A stretch of 57,573 nucleotides of DNA from positions 1 to 57,573 of the forward strand of contig MNYW01000016.1 in NCBI GenBank assembly GCA_001873295.1. Direction: 5' to 3'. This document shows, piece after piece, positions 40,828 to 48,960 of the stretch (the stretch's first letter is position 1; each line of letters begins with the position of its first letter). The DNA is from Nitrospirae bacterium CG2_30_70_394 (GTDB lineage: Bacteria > CG2-30-53-67 > CG2-30-70-394). The notes beneath the pieces were generated by a model, which saw only the letters and a program-made list of their open reading frames with translations, did no database searches and was not told the DNA's origin. The translations under genes and the position numbers were made by a program.

Positions 40828-41436
40828 TCATTCGCTGAGGTCGCCGGCCGCCTCCAACCACTGCTTTAGCTCGGGCGCGCCGGTATAGACCACTGCGTCG
40901 ATCCCGAGGGCCCGAGCGGCGTCGATGTGGGCGGGACGGTCGTCGATAAAGGCGGCCGCCGCTGGCGCCACCCCGGCGGCGGCGAGGGCGGCGCGGAAGA
41001 TCGCGGCGTCGGGCTTTCGCGCGCCAACTTGAAAGGAGAGGGTGGCGCCGGCGAGGTGGTCGCCGATCGGCCAGCGGCCGGTGATCCACGGGTAGTGGAG
41101 GGGGTCGGTGTTGGACAGGAGCCAGCAGCGACGGTGACGCGCAACAGTGGCGAGGAGGGCGAGGGCCGCCTCGTCAAGGGTGAACATGTCGGTCCACAGG
41201 TGGGCGAAGGCGGGGTAGTCGAGGTGGATGAGGCCCGCCTCCAGCAGGGCGCGGTGGAAGCCGGGCGCGTCGAGCCGCCCGGATTCGAAGGCATCGTGGG
41301 CGGGCGAGTCCACCACCGCGTCCACCAGTGTGGCGGCGGCGCGCCAATCGCCACCGGTGGCGGCGAGGCAGGCGCGCACCGGATCGACGCGGACGAGGAC
41401 GTTGCCGAGGTCCCAGAGAAGGAGGGTGTGGGCCAT
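40828..41436 (-). CDS. HAD-superfamily hydrolase (subfamily IA-like)
   Basis: N-terminal LLWDLGNVL (DxG variant of the DxD motif), LLSNTD, KPD and FIDDR motifs. Confidence 0.75.
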   Translation of the reverse strand: MAHTLLLWDLGNVLVRVDPVRACLAATGGDWRAAATLVDAVVDSPAHDAFESGRLDAPGFHRALLEAGLIHLDYPAFAHLWTDMFTLDEAALALLATVARHRRCWLLSNTDPLHYPWITGRWPIGDHLAGATLSFQVGARKPDAAIFRAALAAAGVAPAAAAFIDDRPAHIDAARALGIDAVVYTGAPELKQWLEAAGDLSE

Positions 41437-41510
41437 GGCGGCGGCGGTGCGGTGCACGGAGCGGAGCAGGCGGCTAAGCTGCGCGCCCTGCTGGGAGGGG
41501 AGAGGATGCC

Positions 41511-42206
41511 ATGCCCGAGATTGATCGACCACGCGGCCTCGTGAGTCGCCTCATCCATCGCCTGCGCCCCGTGGAGGCGGCGGTCGGGACGGTCCGCCTT
41601 GGCCTCGATCGCGACGGCTGGCAGGTGGCGGGGACGCTGCGCGGTCGCCACCTCGCGGTAGCCCTCTTCCCCTACCTCGAGCGGCTTCTTATCGCCACCG
41701 GCGGTCATCACGCCCGCCTCTTGTGTGAGGCGCTGGACAAGGCGGTGTCGGAGTTGAGCCGCTTCGAGGCCGAGGAGGTGGCGGCGGCGCGCTTCCTCCG
41801 CCAGACCCTCCTGCGCGACTGGCTCGGCGCGCTGGTGGAGCGGTGCGACACGGTGTGGTCGATGGAGTCCACCCTCGTGCGACGGCGCGAGCCGGCCCTG
41901 CCCGGTGGCTGGTGGTACGGCGAGACCACCCGCTTTATTCCGGCGGCGATCGACAGTGACGAGCTGCGGCGCGTGGCGACCACCTCCCTGGTGGTCTGGT
42001 ACGAGGCCGCCTTTGCCATCGACGACCTCGACCGCAGCCACCTGCTCCTCCACACCCTCCACAACCTCCTGCGCTACACCGCCCAGCACGGCATGCCGGC
42101 CCAGCCCGGCCGCGGCGCCACCATCGCCATGCTCCAGCACTTCGGTCTGGAGGCGCGGCCGGAGGGCGAGGTCGCGGCCGCCTTGCGCACCTTCCTGGCC
42201 GGGTGA
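41511..42206 (+). CDS. Hypothetical protein (231 aa), no recognisable domain
   Basis: ATG preceded by GGGGAGAGGA. GC3-rich coherent frame. Divergent from the HAD gene across a 74-bp spacer. Confidence 0.55.
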   Translation: MPEIDRPRGLVSRLIHRLRPVEAAVGTVRLGLDRDGWQVAGTLRGRHLAVALFPYLERLLIATGGHHARLLCEALDKAVSELSRFEAEEVAAARFLRQTLLRDWLGALVERCDTVWSMESTLVRRREPALPGGWWYGETTRFIPAAIDSDELRRVATTSLVVWYEAAFAIDDLDRSHLLLHTLHNLLRYTAQHGMPAQPGRGATIAMLQHFGLEARPEGEVAAALRTFLAG

Positions 42207-42420
42207 GAGGCGCCCCGTGGCTGGCGAAGGGCGAGGGCGCCCTCAGCCCAGAAGGGTTGTCGGGTGTCGAGGCGCCGAGGGGGGAGGCCAGCCGCAACTC
42301 TGGCGGCGCGCGGGGCGAAGGGCGGGTTGCGTCGCGCGTCGCCCTTGACGTTGGGGAAGGCGATGGGTGAGAACCCAGCGGTTTGTGCACCTCGTCCATC
42401 CCTCCCCGATCGGAGCCCCC

Positions 42421-43407
42421 ATGGCCAGCCGTCCCCTTCCCGCAGGTCCGAAGACCCTCTTCATCACGGGCGGTGCCGGCTTCATCGGCTCGACCCTCAT
42501 TGAGCGGCTGTTGGCGCGCGGCGATCGGGTGGTGTGCCTGGACGACTTCGACGACTTCTACGACCCGGCGATCAAGCGGCGCAACGTCAAGAACGCCCTC
42601 ACCTCGGACCGCTACCGCCTGGTCGAAGGCGACATCTGCGACCTGCCGCTCTTGCAGCGCCTGTTCGCCGAGGAGCAGGTCGACGTGGTGGTCCACATCG
42701 CCGCCCGCGCCGGGGTGCGGCCGTCGATCGTCGAGCCGCTGCTGTACCAGAAGGTGAACGTGGAGGGGTCGAACAACCTCTTCGAGGTGGCGCGCGCCCA
42801 CGCCGTCCCGAACTTCGTCTTCACCTCGTCGTCGTCGGTCTACGGCGAGAACGAGAAGGTCCCCTTTGCCGAGGCCGACCCGGTGAACTACCCGATCTCA
42901 CCCTACGCCGCGACCAAGCGGGCGGGTGAGCTGATCGCCCACACCTACCACCACCTCTTCGGCCTCAACATCACCTGCCTCCGTCCGTTCACCGTCTACG
43001 GCCCACGCCAGCGGCCGGAGATGGCGATCCACCTCTTCCTGCGCGCGATCCTCGATGGCCGGCCGATCAAAATGTTCGGCGACGGCACCAGCTCCCGCGA
43101 CTACACCTACGTCGACGATCTGGTAGACGGCTTTCTCGGCGCCATCGACCGGCCGCTTGGTTACGAGATCATCAACCTCGGCGAGCACGAGGTGACCACC
43201 CTCAAGGAGCTGATCGACATGATTGGCGCGGCGGTGGGCAAGCGGCCGATCATCGAGCAACTCCCCATGCAGCCCGGCGACGTGCCGCGCACCTACGCTG
43301 ACGTGAGCAAGGCCAAGCGGCTGCTCGGCTACCAGCCGAAGGTCTCGATGCAAGAGGGGATCCGGCGGTTTGTCGAGTGGTACCTGGCACAAGGAGCGCG
43401 CGGCTGA
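42421..43407 (+). CDS. NAD-dependent nucleotide-sugar epimerase (UDP-glucuronate 4-epimerase-like SDR)
   Basis: GGAGFIGS Rossmann motif, catalytic YAATK, and SSSSVYG. Confidence 0.85.
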   Translation: MASRPLPAGPKTLFITGGAGFIGSTLIERLLARGDRVVCLDDFDDFYDPAIKRRNVKNALTSDRYRLVEGDICDLPLLQRLFAEEQVDVVVHIAARAGVRPSIVEPLLYQKVNVEGSNNLFEVARAHAVPNFVFTSSSSVYGENEKVPFAEADPVNYPISPYAATKRAGELIAHTYHHLFGLNITCLRPFTVYGPRQRPEMAIHLFLRAILDGRPIKMFGDGTSSRDYTYVDDLVDGFLGAIDRPLGYEIINLGEHEVTTLKELIDMIGAAVGKRPIIEQLPMQPGDVPRTYADVSKAKRLLGYQPKVSMQEGIRRFVEWYLAQGARG

Positions 43408-43666
43408 GCGCGGGGGAGACCACTCCGCGACCGATCGGGAGATGCGCGCGGGCGGTGGTGGCAAACGGCGGTGCGCCCGCTCGACCCCCGCGGGTCGCGC
43501 GGGCGCGCCGCTCCCGCCGGCGATCGCGGAATCGCCGGCGGGACGGATTCCCCGAGAGGCCAGGCCGGCGTGTCGCCTTGGCCCTCCTTGGGCGCGCCGC
43601 CTCCGGTGACCCGCCCGCAACGCTCTTCCGGGGTCCGTCGCCGTGGTCCGCCGGCGCCAGCTGGTC

Positions 43667-44203
43667 CTACCCCACCGTCTCGGCGTCGATGACCCCGAGG
43701 TACGGCAGGGTGCGGTGGTGGTCGGCGTGGTCGAGGCCGTATCCCACCACCCACCGGTCGGGGATCTCGAAGCCGAGGTAGTCGGGGTTGATCGCCACCT
43801 CACGCCGTGCCGGCTTGTGGAGCAAGACGCAGGTTTTCAGCGATGCGGGCTGGCGCGCCGCCAGGGTGCGCAGGAGGTAGTGGAGGGTGCGGCCCGTGTC
43901 GAGGATGTCCTCCACCACCAAGACGTGGCGGTTCGCGATGTCGCTGCGCAGGTCCATGATCAGGCGCACCGCCCCCGGGTCGGTGGTGGTGTCCGGGTAG
44001 GTGGAGAGGGCGACGAAGTCCACCTGCCGGGGGATGGTGAGGCGGCGGGCGAGGTCGGCGAGAAAGATGAAGGCGCCTTTCAACACGCCGACCAGGAGCA
44101 ACTCGCCCTTGCCCGCGTAGTCGCGCGAGATCTCATTCGCCAGGCTGGTCACCCGCGCGGCGATCTCCGCCTCGGTGAGCAGGGGGGTGGGTAAGGTCTC
44201 CAT
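43667..44203 (-). CDS. hpt: Hypoxanthine phosphoribosyltransferase
   Basis: LLVGVLKGAFIFLADL and the PRPP motif VLVVEDILDTGRT. Start at METLPTPLL matches the usual Hpt length. Confidence 0.9.
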   Translation of the reverse strand: METLPTPLLTEAEIAARVTSLANEISRDYAGKGELLLVGVLKGAFIFLADLARRLTIPRQVDFVALSTYPDTTTDPGAVRLIMDLRSDIANRHVLVVEDILDTGRTLHYLLRTLAARQPASLKTCVLLHKPARREVAINPDYLGFEIPDRWVVGYGLDHADHHRTLPYLGVIDAETVG

Positions 44204-44236
44204 AGGGCAGGGGAGGTAGGCAGGAAAAGGGAGGAG

Positions 44237-44291
44237 GTAGAAAGGGGGTGGCATCCCCACCCCGGGTGCGAACCGTCCGACCCCTTTCTAC
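44237..44291 (-). promoter_or_regulatory. Hairpin bridging the ade stop codon and the hpt leader
   Basis: Perfect 11-bp inverted repeat GTAGAAAGGGG (44237-44247) / CCCCTTTCTAC (44281-44291). The ade TAG lies inside one arm. Confidence 0.55.
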
Positions 44292-46006
44292 TCCTGCAAG
44301 AGGTACGGCTCCACCACCTCCTGTTTCGCCACGTCGACCAGTCCGCGGTCGGTGAGGCGCAACTCGGGGACCACCTCCAGGCCGAGGAAGGAGAGGGTCA
44401 TGAAGGGGTGGGGCAAAGGCGTGCCGAGGTCGCATGCCGCTGCCTCGACCCGGGCCATCGCCGCCGCCACCGCCTCGATCGGTTGGTCCGCCATCAGGCC
44501 GGCGATGGGCAGCGGCAGGAGGGCCACCACCGAGCTACCGCGCGCCACCGCCAGGCCACCGCCGGTCGCGGCCACCGCCCGGGCGGCGGTGGCGATGGAG
44601 CGGTCGTCGCAGCCGGCGGCGATCAGGTTGTGGTGGTCGTGGCAGACCGTGGAGGCGAGGGCGCCAGCGCGCAGGCCAAGGCCGCGCACCAGGCCGCGGC
44701 CGGTGCGGCCGCTGCCCGTGTGGCGCTCGATCACCACCAGCTTCGCCAGGTCGCGGCCCGGGTCGGCCACCGCGTGGCCGCCTTCGAGGGTGGGCACCGC
44801 CGTGGCCGCGCGGGTGGCGATCCCCGCGCTCAGCTCGATCACCCGCATCGGTGCGGCCCGCCCCGGCAGGGTGAGGTCGGTGCGCGCCCAGTCGATGCGG
44901 CAGGTGGCGCGTACCCCGGGTGCGGCCAGAGGTGGCGGCGAGGGCGGTAGCCTTCCCCCTTCCGCCACCTGCCGGCCGCCGACGTAGACCGCATGGGCGC
45001 GCGGCGCGTCAAGGTCGTCGAACACGATGAAATCGGCGCGCCGTCCCGGGGCGATGGCGCCGCGATCGTGCAGCCCGAGGAGGGTGGCGGGGTTGATCGT
45101 GGCGAGGCGGAGGGCGGCCAGGGGGTCGAGTCCCGCGCTGATTGCCCGGCGCACCGCGTGGTCCACGGAGCCCTCGGCGAGGAGGTCGGCGGGTTCTCGG
45201 TCATCGGTGCACAGGGCGCACCACCGCTCGCTCGCCGTGGTGATGAGGCACAGGAGGGCGTCGAGGTCGCGGGCCACCGACCCTTCGCGCAGAAAGAGGG
45301 CCATGCCGCGGGAGAGTTTCTCGCGCCCCTCGGCCGCGCGGGTGGACTCGTGGTCGTTGGTGATCCCGGCGGCCAGGTAGGCGTCGAGGAGCGGCGGCGC
45401 CAGGCCCGGGGCGTGGCCGTCCACCGGCCGGCCCGCGAACAGGTCGATCTTCGCCGCCACCGCGAGGCGCCCGTGGGCCGCGCCGAAAACGTCCATCACC
45501 TCCGCCAGCCCCCACACCACCCTCTCGTCGCGCAGGGTGCGCAACTCCGCTGCGCCAAGCCGCCCGCCGCTGGTGGCCAGCTCGGTGGCGGGGACACACG
45601 ACGGCGCCTGCAAGACCAGGCGGCTCGCCCCCCGCGCCCCCTCCGCCGCCATGTATCGCACCCCGTCGATGCCCATGCAGTTGGCGATCTCGTGCGGGTC
45701 GGCCACCAGGGTGGTGACCCCATGGGCGGCAGCGACGCGGGCAAGCTCCGATGGCACCACCAGGCTGCTTTCCACGTGGCAATGGGCGTCGATCAACCCC
45801 GGAGCAAGGAAGCGGCCGTCGAGTTCCACCACCTCCGCGCCGGCGAGGGGGTGGCCAAGGGCCGCGATCCGGCCGCCCGCCACCGCCACGTCGCAACGGT
45901 CGATCTCGCCGGTGAAGACATTCACCAGCCGGCCGCCGCGCAAGACGACCTCCGCCGGCCGCTCTCCACGCGCCACCGCCAGGAGGGTCGAGAGTTCCGC
46001 CGTCAT
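44288..46006 (-). CDS. ade: Adenine deaminase
   Basis: Amidohydrolase motifs GLIDAHCHVES, EIANC and DHES. 572 aa from MTAELSTLL. The N-terminal track extension is artefactual. Confidence 0.9.
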   Translation of the reverse strand: MTAELSTLLAVARGERPAEVVLRGGRLVNVFTGEIDRCDVAVAGGRIAALGHPLAGAEVVELDGRFLAPGLIDAHCHVESSLVVPSELARVAAAHGVTTLVADPHEIANCMGIDGVRYMAAEGARGASRLVLQAPSCVPATELATSGGRLGAAELRTLRDERVVWGLAEVMDVFGAAHGRLAVAAKIDLFAGRPVDGHAPGLAPPLLDAYLAAGITNDHESTRAAEGREKLSRGMALFLREGSVARDLDALLCLITTASERWCALCTDDREPADLLAEGSVDHAVRRAISAGLDPLAALRLATINPATLLGLHDRGAIAPGRRADFIVFDDLDAPRAHAVYVGGRQVAEGGRLPPSPPPLAAPGVRATCRIDWARTDLTLPGRAAPMRVIELSAGIATRAATAVPTLEGGHAVADPGRDLAKLVVIERHTGSGRTGRGLVRGLGLRAGALASTVCHDHHNLIAAGCDDRSIATAARAVAATGGGLAVARGSSVVALLPLPIAGLMADQPIEAVAAAMARVEAAACDLGTPLPHPFMTLSFLGLEVVPELRLTDRGLVDVAKQEVVEPYLLQE

Positions 46007-46112
46007 CCCCCCAAGGTAGCCGCGATCCCTCGGCGGTGGCGCGTCCTGCGCTCTAGGAGGTAGGAAGGAATAACACCCGCGCCGCGGGTGGAGCTCTTCC
46101 ACCGCCTCCCTG

Positions 46113-46688
46113 CTAGCCGTCGAACAAGCCGCGCGAGCGCATCGCCTCGCCGGTGGAGCGGGCGCGCGCCTGGCCACGCCGCAGGAGCGCCTCGGTGGCG
46201 GCGGCGGCCTGGGCGCGGGCGGTGGCGGCGCACGGGCGCACCGGGGTGCGGCTGGTCCAGGCGAGGCGAAGCTCGGTGGCGGCGCGCCGGAGGGCACCGA
46301 TCTGGCCGAGGGTGAGGGTGAGCAGGAAGGCGAGGGTGGGGAGGGGGGCGAGGGCGGCGGCGAGGTTTACTCGCCGGACGACGGCCAAGGTGAGGAGGGT
46401 GAGGGCGAGGGTGCGCAGGTTGAGACGCACCAAGACGGTGGCGTCGAAGGGGGGGGCGATCCGGGCGACGAGGGCGTAGGCGAGGCTGGTAGCGCCGTTC
46501 ATCGCCACCAGCAAGCAGGCGGCGCGGCGCAGGAGGCGGCCGGCGTGGCGTCCGGCCAGCAGCAGGGCGATGGCGATCGCCAGGGCGAAGAGGGCGATCT
46601 CGTGGCGGCTGGTGCAAAGCAGCACGGAGGCGCCGTAGGTGGCCAGCCAGAGGCGGTCACGGCGCGGGCTGGGGGCGATCGGAGCCAT
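46113..46688 (-). CDS. cbiQ: Cobalt/ECF transporter transmembrane (T) component, CbiQ-like (short)
   Basis: Hydrophobic 191-aa protein. The C-terminal Arg-rich loop AWTSRT...ALLRR is typical of EcfT/CbiQ. Lies downstream of cbiM and the cbiN-like gene. Confidence 0.6.
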   Translation of the reverse strand: MAPIAPSPRRDRLWLATYGASVLLCTSRHEIALFALAIAIALLLAGRHAGRLLRRAACLLVAMNGATSLAYALVARIAPPFDATVLVRLNLRTLALTLLTLAVVRRVNLAAALAPLPTLAFLLTLTLGQIGALRRAATELRLAWTSRTPVRPCAATARAQAAAATEALLRRGQARARSTGEAMRSRGLFDG

Positions 46689-46888
46689 GGCGAAATCGGA
46701 GGGTGTTTGTCGCGGGCTGCACGCCGCGGGTGGTTCGGGGATCGCTGGCCGGTGAACCCTCTGCCACCGTGTTCGATGATCCGGCGCCGCCGCCTCTGGT
46801 TCGTTGATCGCTGAAGGGGCTCCCCGCCAAACCAGCGCTACCCCGCCGCCGGCCGGGTGGTCCGTGTTCGCGGGAGGCTGGACCCTTC

Positions 46889-47245
46889 CTATCCCCGTCG
46901 CCGTACCAGCCGCAGGACGCCGAAGACGAGGGCGACGCCGAGGGTGGCGGAGAGGAGGTAGCCCGCTACCGGTCCGACGCCCGGGGCGGTGTAGTCGGCG
47001 AGGGGGGCGGGGAGGTGGGCGGCGGTGCGGATCCCCGCCGGGACGAAGCCGACCATCCGCTGGAACTCTGCGACCTCCCATTCACCCCACGCCGCGCCAC
47101 CGGCGAGTAGCCCCACCGGGGTCAGGGCCAGGGCAACCTCGAGGAGGAGGGTGAGGGGGTGGAGACGGCGCCGGGGGTGGAAGGGGCGGTGGTCCGCGTC
47201 GTCCAACCGGACGGGAGCGGCAGGGTCGTGGCGCATACCTTTCAT
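46889..47245 (-). CDS. PDGLE-domain / CbiN-like cobalt transport accessory protein
   Basis: 118 aa with two TM segments flanking AWGEWE...GYL. 4-nt overlap with the cbiM stop. Confidence 0.55.
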   Translation of the reverse strand: MKGMRHDPAAPVRLDDADHRPFHPRRRLHPLTLLLEVALALTPVGLLAGGAAWGEWEVAEFQRMVGFVPAGIRTAAHLPAPLADYTAPGVGPVAGYLLSATLGVALVFGVLRLVRRRG

Positions 47246-47907
47246 GGGGTGGGACCCGTGGCTTCGGCGGTGGCGGTGCGGCGCACCAGGGCGATGACCG
47301 CGGCGGTGTACGCCCCTTCGGCGACGCCGAAGAGCAGGGCGTGGGCGCCGACGATCGCCGGTACGGTCACCGCCAGGCCGAGGGGAAAGAAGAGGGGCTG
47401 GCCGCCCGCATCATGGGCGAGGGCGGGCTGGATTCCCAAGGCGCACGCGGTCACCGCGGCAGCAACCACTGCCGAGCCCCAGCCCGCGATGAAGGTGGCG
47501 ACATGGGTGGGGAGCCGGTGGTGGGTGGCGCGGTCAAGGAGGGCGGCGGTGAAGGCGGCGGCGAACCCCATGGCGAGGGTGTTCACCGGGAAGGTGGTGA
47601 TGCCGCCGTCGCCGAAGAGCAGCGCCTGGATCAGGAGGACCAGCCCCATGGCGCAGCTCGCCGCCCACGGCCCGAAGAGGAGCGCCAACGTCGCCGTCCC
47701 CACCGCGTGGCCGGTGGTGCCGCCGGGGAGGGGGATGTTGATCATCTGGACCACGAAGGCCAGCCCGGTGAGGGCGGAGAGGGTGGGGAGGGTCTCGTCG
47801 TCGAGGGTCGCCCGCAGCCGCCGCCCGGCGCGTACCAGCAGCGGCAGCACCAGCGCGTAGGCGGGCAGGTAGGTCTGCGGCGATAGGTAGCCGTCGGGGA
47901 TGTGCAT
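47242..47907 (-). CDS. cbiM: Cobalt/nickel ECF transporter substrate-capture component CbiM
   Basis: Hallmark N-terminus MHIPDGYLS, the motif GGTTGHAVG, and about 6 TM helices. Confidence 0.9.
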   Translation of the reverse strand: MHIPDGYLSPQTYLPAYALVLPLLVRAGRRLRATLDDETLPTLSALTGLAFVVQMINIPLPGGTTGHAVGTATLALLFGPWAASCAMGLVLLIQALLFGDGGITTFPVNTLAMGFAAAFTAALLDRATHHRLPTHVATFIAGWGSAVVAAAVTACALGIQPALAHDAGGQPLFFPLGLAVTVPAIVGAHALLFGVAEGAYTAAVIALVRRTATAEATGPTP

Positions 47908-48033
47908 GGGTGCGACTATACCCCGAGCCCCACCCGCGGTTGGACCGGTGCGTGGGGTGGCGCGCCGCCTTGTGGTCAGCGCGCCCGATGGGGAAGAGTC
48001 CCGCCTGGTTCTAACCCCCTCCCCGGAGTCCCC

Positions 48034-48372
48034 ATGAAGGTCGCCTATATCTTCTCCACCCAGGGCCACACCGTCTCCTACAAGCTCGCCCGGATGATCC
48101 TGCCGCAGCTCGAAACGGGGAGCCACGGCGTCGAGGTGGTGGGAATGTTTTTCTTCGAGGACAACAACTACGTCCTTGCCAAGGGTGACCCGATCGGCGA
48201 GCGGCTCGCGGCGGTGGCGCGGGCGCAGGGGATCCTGCTCATGGGGTGCGACCAGTGTTGTGACGAGCGCGACCTCAGCGGCCACCTGGTCGATGGCGCC
48301 ACCATCGGCTGCTTCCCCAACCTCTACGCCGCCCTCGCTGGTAATCCGCCGGATCAGGTGATCACCCTGTAG
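48034..48372 (+). CDS. DsrE/DsrF (YchN)-like family protein
   Basis: 112 aa. MKVAYIFST... Rossmann-like start and the Cys motif GCDQCC. Assignment is tentative. Confidence 0.45.
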   Translation: MKVAYIFSTQGHTVSYKLARMILPQLETGSHGVEVVGMFFFEDNNYVLAKGDPIGERLAAVARAQGILLMGCDQCCDERDLSGHLVDGATIGCFPNLYAALAGNPPDQVITL

Positions 48373-48420
48373 GCGGCGGTCGCCTCTGGACGCGCCTGCG
48401 GGGCGGCAAAGAGAGGCCGC

Positions 48421-48640
48421 GAAGGGGCGCGAATCGTGCACGGGGAGGGCGCGGTCAACGCGCTTGGATGGGCGATGGCGCCGCCGAAGGCGGGTTGCAC
48501 CGCGGCGGCGACGGTGAACCACCCGGCGCGTTCATGGGTGTCGGCGCGTTCCTTTGCGGCGACCTTTGTCCGCCCCGCACCCTCGTTTTGGCGCGCCCCC
48601 ACTTGCCGTTCCACCTGCTCGCCAAAGTCCGACAGGCCCC
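48421..48640 (-). repeat. Dispersed intergenic element, copy X4 (paralogue of X2)
   Basis: The minus-strand reading begins CTAGGGGCCTGTCGGACTTTGGCGAGCAGGTGGAACGGCAAG and ends CCCTCCCCGTGCACGATTCGCGCCCCTTCGCG. Both terminal blocks are about 85-88% identical to 27452-27503 and 27705-27746. Confidence 0.7.
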
Positions 48641-48741
48641 TAGAAAAAGAGCGTGGCTCGCCGCCAAGGTCCAACCCCCCCTTCGGTGGCGCCGAGCGCG
48701 GCGGGAGGGGTGGGCCGCACCCTTCCCGTCGATCCTTCACG

Positions 48742-48848
48742 CCCTGGCGCCCCTCCGCGCTCCTTTGGTGTTTCCACGCGCGGCGGCAAATCGAACCGGT
48801 CGCTGCACTATTCCCTGGCGCCCCTCCGCGCTCCTTTGGTGTTTCCAC
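48742..48848. repeat. 36-bp direct repeat x2 separated by a unique 35-bp spacer (CRISPR-like geometry, only two copies)
   Basis: CCCTGGCGCCCCTCCGCGCTCCTTTGGTGTTTCCAC is identical at 48742-48777 and 48813-48848. Confidence 0.8.
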
Positions 48849-48960
48849 AGGGCTCGCCCATCCCTGCGCCCTCGAGTCTGACCGCTCCTGGGGCGAGCTC
48901 GTCGCCGCCGGTCCGCGGCGGAGGAGGCGCGCGGCCTCGTCCTTGGGCGCGGCGACCGCC

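Noticed and set aside
42270-42290. TTGTCGGGTGTCGAGG upstream of the epimerase gene as an eighth copy of the TGKCG-N5-TGKCG core
   Set aside because: The half-site spacing is 7-8 nt instead of 10, and the flanking GATCG/GGCAAG context is absent, so I did not count it.
47908-48033. Cobalamin or NiCo riboswitch upstream of cbiM
   Set aside because: The intergenic region is only 126 bp and lacks the B12-box and GGGAA/GCCACTG-type conserved elements. It is too short for a cobalamin riboswitch.
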